Shown in pieces: positions 13,478 to 29,290 of a stretch of DNA of 64,000 nt. The position numbers and the translations under genes are program-made. Below the pieces are notes generated by a model. It ran no database searches and was not told the origin of the DNA. It worked only from the letters and a program-made list of their open reading frames with translations. Source of the DNA: Eledone cirrhosa (lineage: Eukaryota); contig OZ024762.1 of assembly GCA_964016885.1 (NCBI GenBank), positions 14,322,001 through 14,386,000 on the forward strand. Direction: 5' to 3'. The stretch's first letter is position 1, and each line of letters begins with the position of its first letter.

Positions 13478-14479
13478 GGGCGGAGTCTGTGAGTGTTTGT
13501 GTGGTGTGTATGTGTGAAGGTATTCACGAGAGCAGAGAAGCAGTCTTGATTTTCAGTTGTCCATATAAGGACTGTTGGATTTCGAAGACTTGGGCCTTAA
13601 AATGGTCGTACAAAGATGTTTCACTGAGTTAGGAGTTCATTCTGGTTCCCATTACCACTCCAGTCCATTTAATATGTTGTTTTCATTTCGATTCTATAAT
13701 ACTACAATGAAGACGCAACACCGAGAAACACAGAAACACGTGTTTCGTTAAAGCAACTCATCTTATTCATCCACTTGATAGTAGTAACGAATTTATAATA
13801 ATATAAAACTCCCATGAAGTGAATGCTCTACACCTTGGATATATTTACAAAACCAGGATAACTATATAATATATATGGTGGCTGCCAACTCGTTTTCGAG
13901 TACGGCCACTACTTTATATCCATGTAGGAGAACCCCTACTGCTGCGCTGAACAAGTGTGACTTTTTAGTCCAGCCAGCGACTTGAAAACTCTGGTACAAA
14001 CACTACACTTGTGACAATTATTGACACATAGTGCTGGGCCCATGGTACCATGTGAGGACAAGTGCAGAGAGATCTCCAGATATAAAGCAATGCCTGTGCC
14101 GTGAAGCTTTTATAGTGAGCAAAGGCACTGCACAAAGCCAGTCCCACTCTCTTAACCAAGATGATATTTACCAAAAAGAAGAACAAGTCAACATCATTGG
14201 ATACCATCAGAGTTGCAGGTGTTTTATCAGAGTTTTCCTTCTCATAGAATTCTGCCTTGACAAAGGCTAATGGGTCATCTCTCCCGGTGATTTTGGATGG
14301 CCATTGATTCTTAAGAGCCCCTTTGCCCTTTGACAGGTTTTGCTTTTAGTCCTGCAGGATGTCCAAAGTCACCCTCCTCACCAAGAAACCTTGGTGGGGT
14401 TGCCAGTTTAGTCGCCAACGACCATGAGACAGGTTGTACTGGGATACATTTTACCAGTAGCACCAACTGATGACTTGAC

Positions 14480-14510
<31 letters not shown>

Positions 14511-14747
14511 CATACATATATATGTGTGGTTGTAAATATATATATATAAAAGAATCGAGACCCCGACGGCTGAGCTCTTGCAGTTTCAACAGCTAGTTCC
14601 TTTACGATCTGAGTTCAAATCCCGCCGAGGTTAACTTTGCCTTTCATCATTACGGGGTCAATAAAATAAAGTACCAGTAATGCACTATGTAATCGCTGGC
14701 CTACTGCCAAAAGTAGAAACAATTATATATACATATATATATATATC

Positions 14748-14809
<62 letters not shown>

Positions 14810-14842
14810 TATATATAGAGAGAGTGAGAGAGAGAGATATAT

Positions 14843-14882
<40 letters not shown>

Positions 14883-14942
14883 TTATATATAGGTGGATTG
14901 GCAGTATCGGTAGATGGTCGGGCGCCATGCTTTGCCACATAT

Positions 14943-14982
<40 letters not shown>

Positions 14983-15236
14983 CATTATATATCATTATAC
15001 ATTTATATATATAGAGAGGGCGGTGGATTGGCAGTATCAGTAGAGAGTCGGACGCCATGCTTTCCAGCATAGTTACGTCCCTTTACAATTTGAGTTCAAA
15101 TCCCGCCGAGGTTGACTTTGCCTTTCATCCTTACGGGGCCGATAAAATAAAGTACCAGTAATGCACTGGGTAATTGCTGGCCTTGTGCCTAAAGTAGAAA
15201 CAATTATACATATATACATATATATATATATATATC

Positions 15237-15275
<39 letters not shown>

Positions 15276-16967
15276 CAAATATACAATTATCAAAGTTGTG
15301 TTCAAATCATTTAATAGCTGACAATCGTTTCTTCCAAACTCTTGTTTGGATTCATCGGAGCATTATCAATGTTTCCACATATAATTACCCTCCTATTCAA
15401 CTGAACAATAATATAGATACATATAAATTGATGCTGTGAGCAACAGTTTCGTATTTACAGGGTGGAATGGGTGTGCCATATATTTTACGAGAATTGTACA
15501 ATAATTGTACAAACATTCAAGTTCAGATCAAAATTAAAATTAAATCAAAATTAAAATCAAAAGCATGGAGTGGAATACATGCAACAGTTAAAACAATGGA
15601 ATAGTCCAAATATTAAAGAGGCATTGAGGAAGCAGTTCTGAGAAAGGAAGAGTGCGATAACAAATCATATGCAAGCGTGTGGATAGTGTGACTGCGGAAG
15701 TCATACATTCATACATTGAGCTATTTCTCTTACTGCTAATAAGGGAATTAAGAAATTACTGACCTTCCTGTTTATAGTTGTTTATACTATATACATAACT
15801 ATAAATAGTACTATTATTATACATATATATATCATATATATATATATATATGAAGGGCGGGGGATTGGCAGTATCGGTAGAGGGTCGGACGCCATGCTTT
15901 CCAGCATAGTTACGTCTCTTTATGATCTGAGTTCAAATCCCGCCGAGGTTGACTTTACCTTTCATCCTTACGGGGCCGATAAAATAAAGTACTAGTAATA
16001 CACTGGGTAATTACTGGCCTTGTGCCAAAAGTAGAAACAATTATATATATATATAAAGGGTTCTCTCTAAAAATGAAAGGCAAGCTGTATGATGCCTGTA
16101 TACGAACAACAATGTTACATGGCAGTGAGACCTGAGCATTGTGTGCAGAGGATATACGCAGACTGGAGAGGAACGAAGCTTGCATGCTCCGTTGGATGTG
16201 TAATAGTAATATACATGAACGGCAAAGCATAAATGAACTAAGGGAGAAATTAGGAATAAGAGGGATCAGATGCTGTTTACTCGAGAGAAGACTACGTTGG
16301 TATGGTCACGTGATGCGCATGAAAGACGACAGCTGTATAAAAAATAGATGGTAGCCATGGAGTAGGCAGACCCAGAAAAACCTGGGACGACTTCTAAATT
16401 CCAACCTCACACACTTACACCTCACCAAGACAATGTCACTGGACCGAGATCTTTGGCGCTACGCAGTAATACAGAAGAAAGTAAAACCTACTACAGTCAG
16501 TAGGCATCTCTAACAAAACACACTCCCGTCCCACCACCCCCACCCCATCCACACCGCCCCTTTCAATGTAAAGTTATGTTGGTGCCACAACATCCAGGCC
16601 GAAACAAAGGAGATCGTGTAGGTGTCACGACAAAAAACACACAGTCCACGCTGTAATGTGGCCGTGTAGGCAACACGGTAAAAACCTCCCAACCCCACAC
16701 TGTAAATGTGGTTGGTGTTAGGAAGGGCATCCAGCTGTAGAAAACCCGCCAGACAGTCCACGCTGTAATGTGGCCGTGTAGGCAACACGGTAAAAACCTC
16801 CCAGCCCCACACTGTAAATGTGGTTGGTGTTAGGAAGGGCATCCAGCTGTAGAAAACCCGCCAGACAGTCCTATGCGAGCAAGACAATCACTCTTGCCTC
16901 AAGTGGGAAAACCCCCGTCCAAACCCGTGCAAGCGTGGAACACGGACGTTAAACGTTGATGATGATG

Positions 16968-17030
<63 letters not shown>

Positions 17031-20000
17031 ATATTATATATATATATATTATATATATATATATTATATATATATATATTATATATATATATATTATATA
17101 TATATATTATATATATATATTATATATATATATATTATATATATATATATATATTATATATATATATATATATTATATATATATATATATATTATATATA
17201 TATATATATATTATATATATATATATATATTATATATATATATATATATTATATATTATATATATATATTATATATATATATTATATATTATATATATAT
17301 TATATATATATTATATATATATTATATATATAGGAGGCACATGGCTTAGTGGTTAGAGCATTGGCCTTGCAATCGAAAGGTTGTGAGTTCAATTCTCAGA
17401 CCGGGTGACACTTTATTTCACATTGCTCCAGTTTACTCAGCTGTAGAAATGAGATGATAGGGACTGGGGTCCCTATCATTCCACTGCAAAGTGATCGTGG
17501 AGGTGCCACGACCAATAAGCACCCAGCACTCACTGTAAATGAGGTTGGTGTTAGGAAGGGCATCCAGCTGTAGAAATCAAGCCACCCTTGCAAGCAGGGA
17601 AAAGCGGACGTAAAATGAAATGATAAATGATATATATAAATAAGGGTACTGGATTGGCAGTATTGGTAGAGGGTCGGACGCCATGCTGTGACGCATAGAG
17701 TTGCGGCCCTTGCCATTCTGAGTTCAAATCCCGCCAAGGTTAACTTTGCCTTTCATCCTTTCACGGAGTCGATAAAATAAAGTACCAGTAATGTACTGCG
17801 TAATTGCTGGCCTACTGCCAATAGTAGAAACATGAAATACTGTTGGCTTCTTGCTCACATTAATTTCTATATTTTCATTTATATATATATATATATACAC
17901 ACATACAGTTGAATGTGCCAGTTGTAATGAATTATTAGGTCACCAAGTGCTAAGGGAAACTGCATGCTGAGAGAGAGGGGGATAGGGAGAGAGAGGTGAG
18001 GGGGATAGAGAGGTGAAGGGGATAGAGATACAAAAACACGAGCAACAGAGCATATATGGAGCATGGAGAAATCCTAGTGGTTGAAGATATCAAAATAAAT
18101 ATATGTTTATGAAAAGACATTTGCCAAACTATGTATAATCTATTTTAATAGAAATAATATAGAAACTCAGCGTGACATAGTAGATCACTGACATTATAAA
18201 ATAGTGAAGACTGATTCATTTTAACTTACATCAACTGTGTGTGGGAGTGTGTAAGTGTGTGTATGCAAAAAGTAAATGAATACAACAAAGAAAAACAACA
18301 CAGTACAATGAAGAAATATATTAGTTTAATACTTGATTGATATCGTTGGAGAAGAGTTTTTTTATGTTTTGGATGCTAGTCCGTCATCAGAAAATAGAAT
18401 AACGAATATATATATATATACATATAATTGTATATGTATGTATGTATATGTTTCCGTCCACTGTGTCGATGACGCAACAAAAAGAACCCAGTCCACACTG
18501 TAAGGTGGTCATGTAAGAGACACGGTAAAATGGCTCCCAGTCCACACTGTTGAGGTGGTTGGTGTTAAGAAGGGCATCCAGCTGTACAAAACCTGCCAGA
18601 GAGACTTCCGTACAAGCGAGACACGGTCTCCCGACGATTCCCGCATCCATGCTAGCATGGAAGATGGATGTTAAACAAATGATGATGATATACATATATA
18701 TATATATATATAGTTATGCTTTGGGAGGGTCATGTTGCCAATAAGAAACACACGCACCAGTTGCTTTCACTCCAATTTATTATAAATTAAATTTATAAAT
18801 TTAAGAATTTATAAATTTCCGGTTGGTTGGTTGGTTCCACAACCGGACGGTTGTTCATATATTGTCAAAGTTCTTTCGTCACACATTCTGTGACCTCTTC
18901 AGTGACTGGGGATTCTTTTCTTTATTTTTGTGCCTCTCCTTCTGTTCTATGCCATCTTGTTTTTGTGTGTGTTGTGTGCACACTGAAGAGGTTACAGAGT
19001 GTGTGATGAAAGAACTTTGACAATATATGAACAACCGTCTGGTTGTGGAACCAACAAACCAACCGGAAATTTATAAATTTAATTTATAATAAATTGGAGT
19101 GAAAGCAACTGGTGCGTGTGTTTCTTATTGGCAACATGACCCACCCAAAGCATAACATTATCGGTTTCAACACACGTTTTCAGATAAAGAATCTTGCTAA
19201 ACAAATTCAGAAACAAAATATATATATATATATCAGAATAGAGGCGGTAAAAACCAGTTAGACCATAAATTACCAGAGTACTCGATACTTGGGGTAGTAG
19301 AGTGGGTAATATGAAAAATTCAGGACCCCGACGCCTGAGTTCTGGCCATTTCCACAGCTAGATCAGTTTGGATCTAGCTGTTGAAAGGCCAGAGCTCAGC
19401 AGCCGTTGGGGTCCTGAATTTTTCATATATATATATATATAAGTACATATATACAGTGAGAGAGAGAGAGTTACCAGTTTAGACTAATAAGACCATATAC
19501 AGCTATGTACTCGATACTTGGGAAATAGGGTGTAGGTATTGTAAAGAGTTAAAGCCCGACAGCTGAGCTCTTTACAAAATATGTGTGTGTGTGTGTGTGT
19601 ATGTATGTGCGTGTCTGAAGCCCTCTATGTCTCGTACAATCACAGATGCATTTCTGAAACTTTCTTTTCAAAGATGCAGGCTTGCACTTACATAGGGTTT
19701 GGGGAAGGGCAAGGGCGGGGGGGGATCTGGAAGGGTGAGGGCAAAGAGATCTTTTTACCCACACCGCCGCCATACAGCCCATACCTGTTGATTGGAGTAT
19801 CAAGTTAAAATGTTGGTGGTTCTGTTCACCTTTTCTATCTTGGGTCCCACTTGGAAATGTCTTATCTAAAAGAGTAAAGTCTGTCTTAAGCCAGAAGTAT
19901 CAGTTGGCCAGTGCTTATCCCAGTTTCATGGCATGAAGCGACTGAGAGTACAAGACTCCCTCCTGGAGAGGACACTAGTCCATCACAGGGTTAAACCTCC

Positions 20001-22711
20001 AGCTATTACTGGTACTCATTTTCAGCTGAGTATACTGGAGCAACGTGAAATGAAGTGTTTTGCTCAAGAACACAACACATAACCCAGCTCAGGAATCAAA
20101 CTCATGACATTATAATTGTAAATCCAACACCCTTACCACTAGGCCCCACACCACCACAGAACACAACACACAACCCAGCCCAGGAATCAAACTCATGACA
20201 TTATAATTGTAAGTCCAACACCCTTACCATTAGGCCATACACCTCCACAGAACACAACACACAACCCAGCCCAGGAATCAAACTCATGACATTATAATTG
20301 TAAATCCAACACCCTTACCATTAGGCCATACACCTCCACAGAACACAACACACAACCCAGCCCAGGAATCAAACTCATGACATTATAATTGTAAATCCAA
20401 CACCCTTACCATTAGGCCATACACCTCCACAGAACACAACACACAACCCAGCCCAGGAATCAAACTCATGACATTATAATTGTAAGTCCAACACCCTTAC
20501 CATTAGGCCATACACCTCCACAGAACACAACACACAACCCAGCCCAGGAATCAAACTCATGACATTATAATTGTAAATCCAACACCCTTACCATTAGGCC
20601 ATACACCTCCACAGAACACAACACACAACCCAGCCCAGGAATCAAACTCATGACATTATAATTGTAAGTCCAACACCCTTACCACTAGGCCATACACCTC
20701 CACAGAACACAACACACAACCCAGCCCAGGAATCAAACTCATGACATTATAATTGTAAGTCCAACACCCTTACCATTAGGCCATACACCTCCACAGAACA
20801 CAACACACAACCCAGCCCAGGAATCAAACTCATGACATTATAATTGTAAATCCAACACCCTTACCATTAGGCCATACACCTCCACAGAACACAACACACA
20901 ACCCAGCCCAGGAATCAAACTCATGACATTATAATTGTAAATCCAACACCCTTACCATTAGGCCATACACCTCCACAGAACACAACACACAACCCAGCCC
21001 AGGAATCAAACTCATGACATTATAATTGTAAGTCCAACACCCTTACCATTAGGCCATACACCTCCACAGAACACAACACACAACCCAGCCCAGGAATCAA
21101 ACTCATGACATTATAATTGTAAGTCCAACACCCTTACCACTAGGCCATACACCTCCACAGAACACAACACACAGCCCAGCCCAGGAATCAAACTCATAAC
21201 ATTATAATTGTAAGTCCAACACCCTTACCACTAGGCCATACACCTCCACAGAACACAACACACAACCCAGCCCAGGAATCAAACTCATGACATTATAATT
21301 GTAAATCCAACACCCTTACCACTAGGCCATACACCTCCACAGAACACAACACACAACCCAGCCCAGGAATCAAACTCATGACATTATAATTGTAAATCCA
21401 ACACCCTTACCACTAGGCCATACACCTCCACAGAACACAACACACAACCCAGCCCAGGAATCAAACTCATGACATTATAATTGTAAGTCCAACACCCTTA
21501 CCACTAGGCCATACACCTCCACAGAACACAACACACAACCCAGCCCAGGAATCAAACTCATGACATTATAATTGTAAGTCCAACACCCTTACCATTAGGC
21601 CATACACCTCCACAGAACACAACACACAACCCAGCCCAGGAATCAAACTCATGACATTATAATTGTAAATCCAACACCCTTACCATTAGGCCATACACCT
21701 CCACAGAACACAACACACAACCCAGCCCAGGAATCAAACTCATGACATTATAATTGTAAGTCCAACACCCTTACCATTAGGCCATACACCTCCACAGAAC
21801 ACAACACACAACCCAGCCCAGGAATCAAACTCATGACATTATAATTGTAAGTCCAACACCCTTACCACTAGGCCATACACCTCCACAGAACACAACACAC
21901 AACCCAGCCCAGGAATCAAACTCATGACATTATAATTGTAAGTCCAACACCCTTACCATTAGGCCATACACCTCCACAGAACACAACACACAACCCAGCC
22001 CAGGAATCAAACTCATGACATTATAATTGTAAATCCAACACCCTTACCACTAGGCCATACACCTCCACACAACCCAGCCCAGGAATCAAACTCATGACAT
22101 TATAATTGTAAATCCAACACCCTTACCACTAGGCCATACACCTCCACACAACCCAGCCCAGGAATCAAACTCATGACATTATAATTGTAAATCCAACACC
22201 CTTACCACTAGGCCATACACCTCCACACAACCCAGCCCAGGAATCAAACTCATGACATTATAATTGTAAATCCAACACCCTTACCACTAGGCCACTCACC
22301 TCCATGTCTTATTACAAAATATGAAATTATGAAACCTTTTACACTATAGTTAACACACACACACACATACACATACACACCCACATGCATGCATACACAT
22401 GTGTGCATACATCAACACACTCGTATACACACATGCATCCACACATATATACACACACATCCACACATATATACACACACACATCCACACATATATGCAA
22501 GCATACACATACACATGCACACATGTACACATTCATATATACATCCACACATGCACACGTGTGTGTGTGGATGTATTAATGTTTGTGTTTTAGTGTGTAT
22601 GTATTTATGTATTAATGTTTTTGTGTGTGCGTGTGTGTATGTATTAATATTTGTGAGTGGATGTGTATATTTATGTATTAATGTGTGTGTGTGTATTTAT
22701 GTATTAATGTT

Positions 22712-22761
<50 letters not shown>

Positions 22762-25700
22762 AATATTTGTGTGTGTGTGTGTGGATGTATTTATATATGA
22801 ATGTTTTTGTGCGTGTGTGTAAGTGTCTTTGTATGCGGGTGTGTGTGTGGATGTTTTTATATATGTTTGTGTATATTTTTGTATAAGTGTTCGTGTGTAT
22901 GCATGTGTGTTTATTATGTATGAATGTTTGTGTGTGTTAATGTATGAATATTTGTGTATGTATGTGCATGTGGCTTTATTCATATATCAATGTTTGTGTG
23001 TGTATGTTTGTGTGCATATGTTTGTGTGTGTATGTTTGTGTGTGCCTGTTTGTGTGTGTGTGAAGGTGTGTGCCATACGCTTCACTTAAAACAGATTTGA
23101 TAGCAGAGTGTACCAATGTGCCATTGATATCAAACAGAGACCCAAAACAAGAAAAATAAAACATACACACACATATACACACATACACACGCACCCACAT
23201 ATACACACACACACACACGCACCCACATATACACACACACATCACCCCTAATTCACCAGGTAGGTTAAAAAATAAATCACACCCACACACACACATATAC
23301 ACACATACATACTTACACACACACACCAGCCCTAATTCCCCAGGTAGGTTAAAAAATAAATTATACCCACAGACACACACACACACACACATACACACGA
23401 ACATACTTACACACACACACCAGCCCTAATTCCCCAGGTAGGTTAAAAAATAAATTATACCCACAGACACGCACACACACACATACACACGAACATACTT
23501 ACACACACACACCAGCCCTAATTCCCCAGGTATGTTAAAAAAGAAACATAGAGATCACATGTTCAATCTTGATCAGGTTTAGTTTTAAATGAAAGTCGCT
23601 GATCTTTAGATAGGACCAAAGAAACTATATTTCTACTGGTTGTCCATTTGCTGATACCATCTATTGGTTACAACACCTGATAGAAGAAATGAGCTGATCA
23701 TTTAATCGGGACTTGGAAGTTATGTTTCTTTTGGTCTTTCCATTCCTGATACTATCTGTAGGTTACAACTACTGGCAGAGGAACAGAACTGAGCTTTAGA
23801 AAGGGCCAAAGAAACAAGGTTTCCACTGATTTTTCCATTGCTGATACTATCTGTCTGTTGAAATTCTTGGCAGAAGAACAGAACTGAGCTATAGAAAGGA
23901 AAGAAACAAGGTTTCCACTGATTTTTCCATTGCTGATACTATCTGTCTGTTGAAATTCTTGGCAGAAGAACAGAACTGAGCTTTAGAAAGGGCCAAAGAA
24001 ACAAGGTTTCCACTGGTTTTCCATTGCTGATACTATCTGTCTGTTGAAATTCTTGGCAGAAGAACAGAACAGAGCTATAGAAAGGGCCAAAGAAACAAGG
24101 TTTCCACTGGTTTTCCATTGCTGATACTATCTGTTGGTTGAAATTCGTGGCAAAAGAATGGAACTGATCTTTAGATTGGGTCAAAGAAACAAGGTTTCCA
24201 CTGAACTTTCCATTGCTGACACTATCTGTCTGTTGAAATTCTTGGCAGAAGAACAGAACAGAGCTATAGAAAGGAAAGAAACAAGGTTTCCACTGGTTTT
24301 TCCATTGCTGATACTATCTGTCTGTTGAAATTCTTGGCAGAAGAACAGAACTGAGCTTTAGAAAGGGCCAAAGAAACAAGGTTTCCACTGGTTTTCCATT
24401 GCTGATACTATCTGTTGGTTGAAATTCTTGGCAAAAGAATGGAACTGAGCTTTAGATTGGGTCAAAGAAACAAGGTTTCCACTGAACTTTCCATTGCTGA
24501 CACTATCTGTCTGTTGAAATTCTTGGCAGAAGAACAGAACAGAGCTATAGAAAGGAAAGAAACAAGGTTTCCACTGGTTTTTCCATTGCTGATACTATCT
24601 GTCTGTTGAAATTCTTGGCAGAAGAACAGAACAGAGCTATAGAAAGGAAAGAAACAAGGTTTCCACTGGTTTTTCCATTGCTGATACTATCTGTCTGTTG
24701 AAATTCTTGGCAGAAGAACAGAACAGAGCTATAGAAAGGAAAGAAACAAGGTTTCCACTGGTTTTTCCATTGCTGATACTATCTGTCTGTTGAAATTCTT
24801 GGCAGAAGAACAGAACAGAGCTATAGAAAGGGCCAAAGAAACAAGGTTTCCACTGGTTTTCCATTGCTGATACTATCTGTCTGTTGAAATTCTTGGCAGA
24901 AGAACAGAACTGAGCTTTAGAAAGGAAAGAAACAAGGTTTCCACTGATTTTTCCATTGCTGATACTATCTGTCTGTTGAAATTCTTGGCAAAAGAATGGA
25001 ACTGATCTTTAGATTGGGTCAAAGAAACAATGTTTCCACTGGTTTTCCATTGCTGATACTATCTGTCTGTTGAAATTCTTGGCAAAAGAATGGAACTGAT
25101 CTTTAGATTGGGTCAAAGAAACAATGTTTCCACTGAACTTTCCATTGCTGACACTACCTATCAATTGCAGATCTTGGAAAAAGAATGGAGCTGATCATCA
25201 GACCAAGGAATCAATATTTTTATTAGTCTTTCCATTGCTAATACTATCTGTTGGACATTTAATTAAAAGCTTTATTTATCAGCACTAACAAACCACCATC
25301 TTTAAAAGGATGACACATTGCATTATGTTAGTAGTCTGGTGTACACAATTCCCGAACATTAGACGGGCTTAAACACATTAGATGATAGGTCAGCAGAATT
25401 GGGACTCACTTGGGGCCAGAGGCGGAACTAGGGTAAGGCAAGCATAGCACATGCCTTGGGTGCCACTTGAAGGGGGATGCCACTTAGATTTTATGGTTAT
25501 TTGAAACATTGGTGTCAGATGTGCAATTTTACTGCTTGCCATAGGCTCTATTTTTCCTATTTTCACCTCTGCCTGGGGCTAAACACTAACAACAACAACA
25601 TTAAGTGCAGTAACATAATATATATATACAGAGACAGTGGAACTGGCAGGGGAGAAACATGGCACCCCCAATAATTATATTTTTCTCCCCAAACTACCAA

Positions 25701-26249
25701 AACACACATCTATTTGTATATACGCTACAATTTATATACATGTTATGTTTATCGCATATCAAAGTTTTTTTATATCTTGGTTGATATTTGATAATAACAG
25801 CTAAACTAATCACTACAACTAAATTGACCAAATTTGACCCACCACCCCATTCAAAAATATTTCCACTGTCCCTGATATAAATATATATCATCATCATCAT
25901 CATTTTTACGTCCGCTTTTCCCTGCTTGCAAGGGTGGGACGGGAACTGATTCTGGCTTGATTTCTACAGCTGGATGCCCTTCCTAACACCAACCTCATTT
26001 ACAGTGAGTGCTGGGTGCTTTTTTTCCATGGCACCTCCACGACCACTTTGCAGTGTGGAATGATAGGGACCCCAGTCCCTATCATCTCATTTCTACAGCT
26101 GAGTAAACTGGAGCAATGTGAAATAAAGTGTCTTGCTCAAGGAAACAACACATCACCCGGTCTGAGAATTGAACTGACAACCTTTCGATTGCAAGGCCAA
26201 TGCTCTAACCACTAAGCCATGTATATATGTGTGTGTGTATGTATATATA

Positions 26250-26310
<61 letters not shown>

Positions 26311-28085
26311 ATATCCAAAGAGGGGCTCGATAAGGATAAATCTATATCAAATATATAAGAACCCTAGACCAAATATGTATTAAAATAACAGATTCTTTGC
26401 TTAAACTTTAATTTATTTTAATAAATATATATATGATATATAACAAAGAAAGTGTGGTAAGATACCAGGTGGACCATGACGCACCAAAGTACTCAATACT
26501 TAGGGTGGTAGAGTGGGTAATAGGAAAAGAGTCAGGACCCCAACGGCTGTGGAAATGGCCGGAGCTCAGCTGTCGGGGTCCTGATTCTTTTCCTATATAT
26601 AATATATAAAGGAACAAAGAATCAGTGTATATATATATTTAATTATGTATTACATATGTTTCACTGTCAATCAGCTCGAGGAACGATCAATTAATGTTCG
26701 ATCCTGACTCTGGAATTGGAAGCTCCTCTAATACCTATATGTGTGTGTGTGTGTGTGTAAATGATATACAATCAACACTATCTATCTATATATATATATA
26801 TATAGAGACAGTCCTATGCGAGCAGGACAACCAATCTTGCCTCAAGTGGGAAAACCCCCGTCCAAACCCATGCAAGCGTGGAACACGGACGTTAAACATT
26901 GATGATGATGATGATGATTATATATATATATATATATTTAATTAGAAAGTGAACAACACAAAATATAACTACTCTATTACCAAAGGTTTCAGGAACCCAG
27001 TGAATAATAATATACGTCTGGATCGGTCATCAGACAGAGATGTTACAGATAAAAGATATGAAATGAGATTTAAAATCTGTTAACAAATTGGATTTTAAAT
27101 CTCATTTCATATCTTTTATCTGTAACATCTGTCTGATGAACGATCCAGACGTATATTATTATTCACTGGGTTCCTGAAACCTTTGGTAATGGAGTAGTTA
27201 TATTTTGTGTTGTTCACTTTCTAATTAAATAGCTCTGTTCTATACATAGAGCACTCTTTTTTCCTTTGCTTTTCTTTTGGAATTACCTAACATATATATA
27301 TATATATACAATATATTAATAAATGGAAACTATATTTATAAAACAATATTTATTTTATTATACATATTTCAAGGGCAACCAAGGCAAATTATGGTGCGCT
27401 TTCATCAGATAAAATTTAATTTATAAATAAATATTGACATACCCGGAAAAAAAGACAACCTTAACGGTTGGAGCTTCCTGGAACTATCCAGGAAACTCCA
27501 ACCATTAAGGTTGTCTTTAATTTGCCTTGTTGGCCCTTGAAATATGTATAATTAAATAAATATGGTTTTATAAATATAGTTTCCATTTATTAATATATTG
27601 TGTATATACTCCACTAACTTGTTGAATGCTTTATATCACTTATAAAAATGTTTAAGCTTATTGAATCCCAACAAATTAAATATAACCTCTACATATATAT
27701 ATATATATATATTTAGATATATATATATATATATATATATATTTATTTACATATATATATTGTTATACTTGGGGAGAGTCATATTTGTGTAATATTGCCA
27801 GAATTAATAACAGAACACACTCACTGTTTGGTTGGTTTTCGCTATTCGGTTCTGTGTCTTTTATAGCGGTTAATTTAATTTATTTGGTCCTCAATGTTGC
27901 CATTGACTGACCAACGGTCAAAAATACTGATACAATATAGACACAAACACATATATATAGTCTATCAAAGTTCTTTCGTTGCACATCTGCAACATCGTCA
28001 GTGGTGCTATTGTTTCCTCCCATTGCATTGTATTTTCTACGCCATCTTTATTTAGTCTGTTTAAAAACCTCGCAAAACTAATACA

Positions 28086-28126
<41 letters not shown>

Positions 28127-28140
28127 GTATACATATATGT

Positions 28141-28193
<53 letters not shown>

Positions 28194-28285
28194 TTCTCGT
28201 TGCAGTCCAAAAAAGTGAGAAATCATTCGATGATGAATCGATGAAACAGTTACAGCACGAAATCGAATCTCGACCGCCCCAGTTT

Positions 28286-28317
<32 letters not shown>

Positions 28318-28650
28318 GCAACAGTTTCCAACGCAATTGCCCTTCATTAGCAAAGATGAGAGCACCCCTCAGCATTTGGTGGCCAGAGAAATATGCAAAC
28401 TTAGTCACAACGCTACCTTTCTTATGGTTACACTTGGCGCCATTGCTGAATCAGTAAATGTGGCTGGCTTCGCTACGTTTCTGCCCAAATTCATACAGAA
28501 TCATTTCCACCAGACGCCATCTTGGGCGTCCATGCTGGCAGGTAGGTGGCGCTGTTAGTTATCATTCTGCCCTTTGTCTTTGAGGGGATGGCTATGTTTG
28601 CATGTGTGTTGTTATGTCATTATGTCTGAAACTAATAAAAGAATACAAGT

Positions 28651-28709
<59 letters not shown>

Positions 28710-28836
28710 TGTATGTGTGTTTATAGATATATATATACACACACATACATATATGTGTGTATATATATACATATATATATATATATGCACACACATACAT
28801 ATATGTGTATATATATATATACATATATATATATAC

Positions 28837-28892
<56 letters not shown>

Positions 28893-29040
28893 GCACATAC
28901 ATATATGTAGGTACGTATATGTGTGTACGCATACATACATATATATATTTATAGATATATAAATGCATATATATTTTTTTTATATGTATGTATATATATG
29001 TGTGTGTGTACGTATATATATGTATATGTATATATGTATG

Positions 29041-29078
<38 letters not shown>

Positions 29079-29132
29079 CATACATATATATATACATATA
29101 TATATATATGCATACATATATATATATATATG

Positions 29133-29194
<62 letters not shown>

Positions 29195-29248
29195 CATACA
29201 TATATATATATATATATGTATGCATACATATATATATATATATATATG

Positions 29249-29290
<42 letters not shown>

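Larger units (their letters stand above)
18713..19156. mobile_element. Penelope-like inverted terminal-repeat pair (~180-190 bp arms)
   Basis: 18713-18904 is the reverse complement of 18981-19156; each arm carries a hammerhead core. Confidence 0.8.
26936..27230. mobile_element. Penelope-like fold-back (~140-bp arms)
   Basis: Near-perfect inverted repeat centred at ~27085; hammerhead in each arm. Confidence 0.8.

Noticed and set aside
19693-19741. G-quadruplex-capable G-run cluster
   Set aside because: It is an isolated motif with no other support for function.
20067-25250. CRISPR-like appearance of the two regular arrays
   Set aside because: Units are contiguous tandem repeats without unique spacers, there are no cas genes, and the context is eukaryotic.
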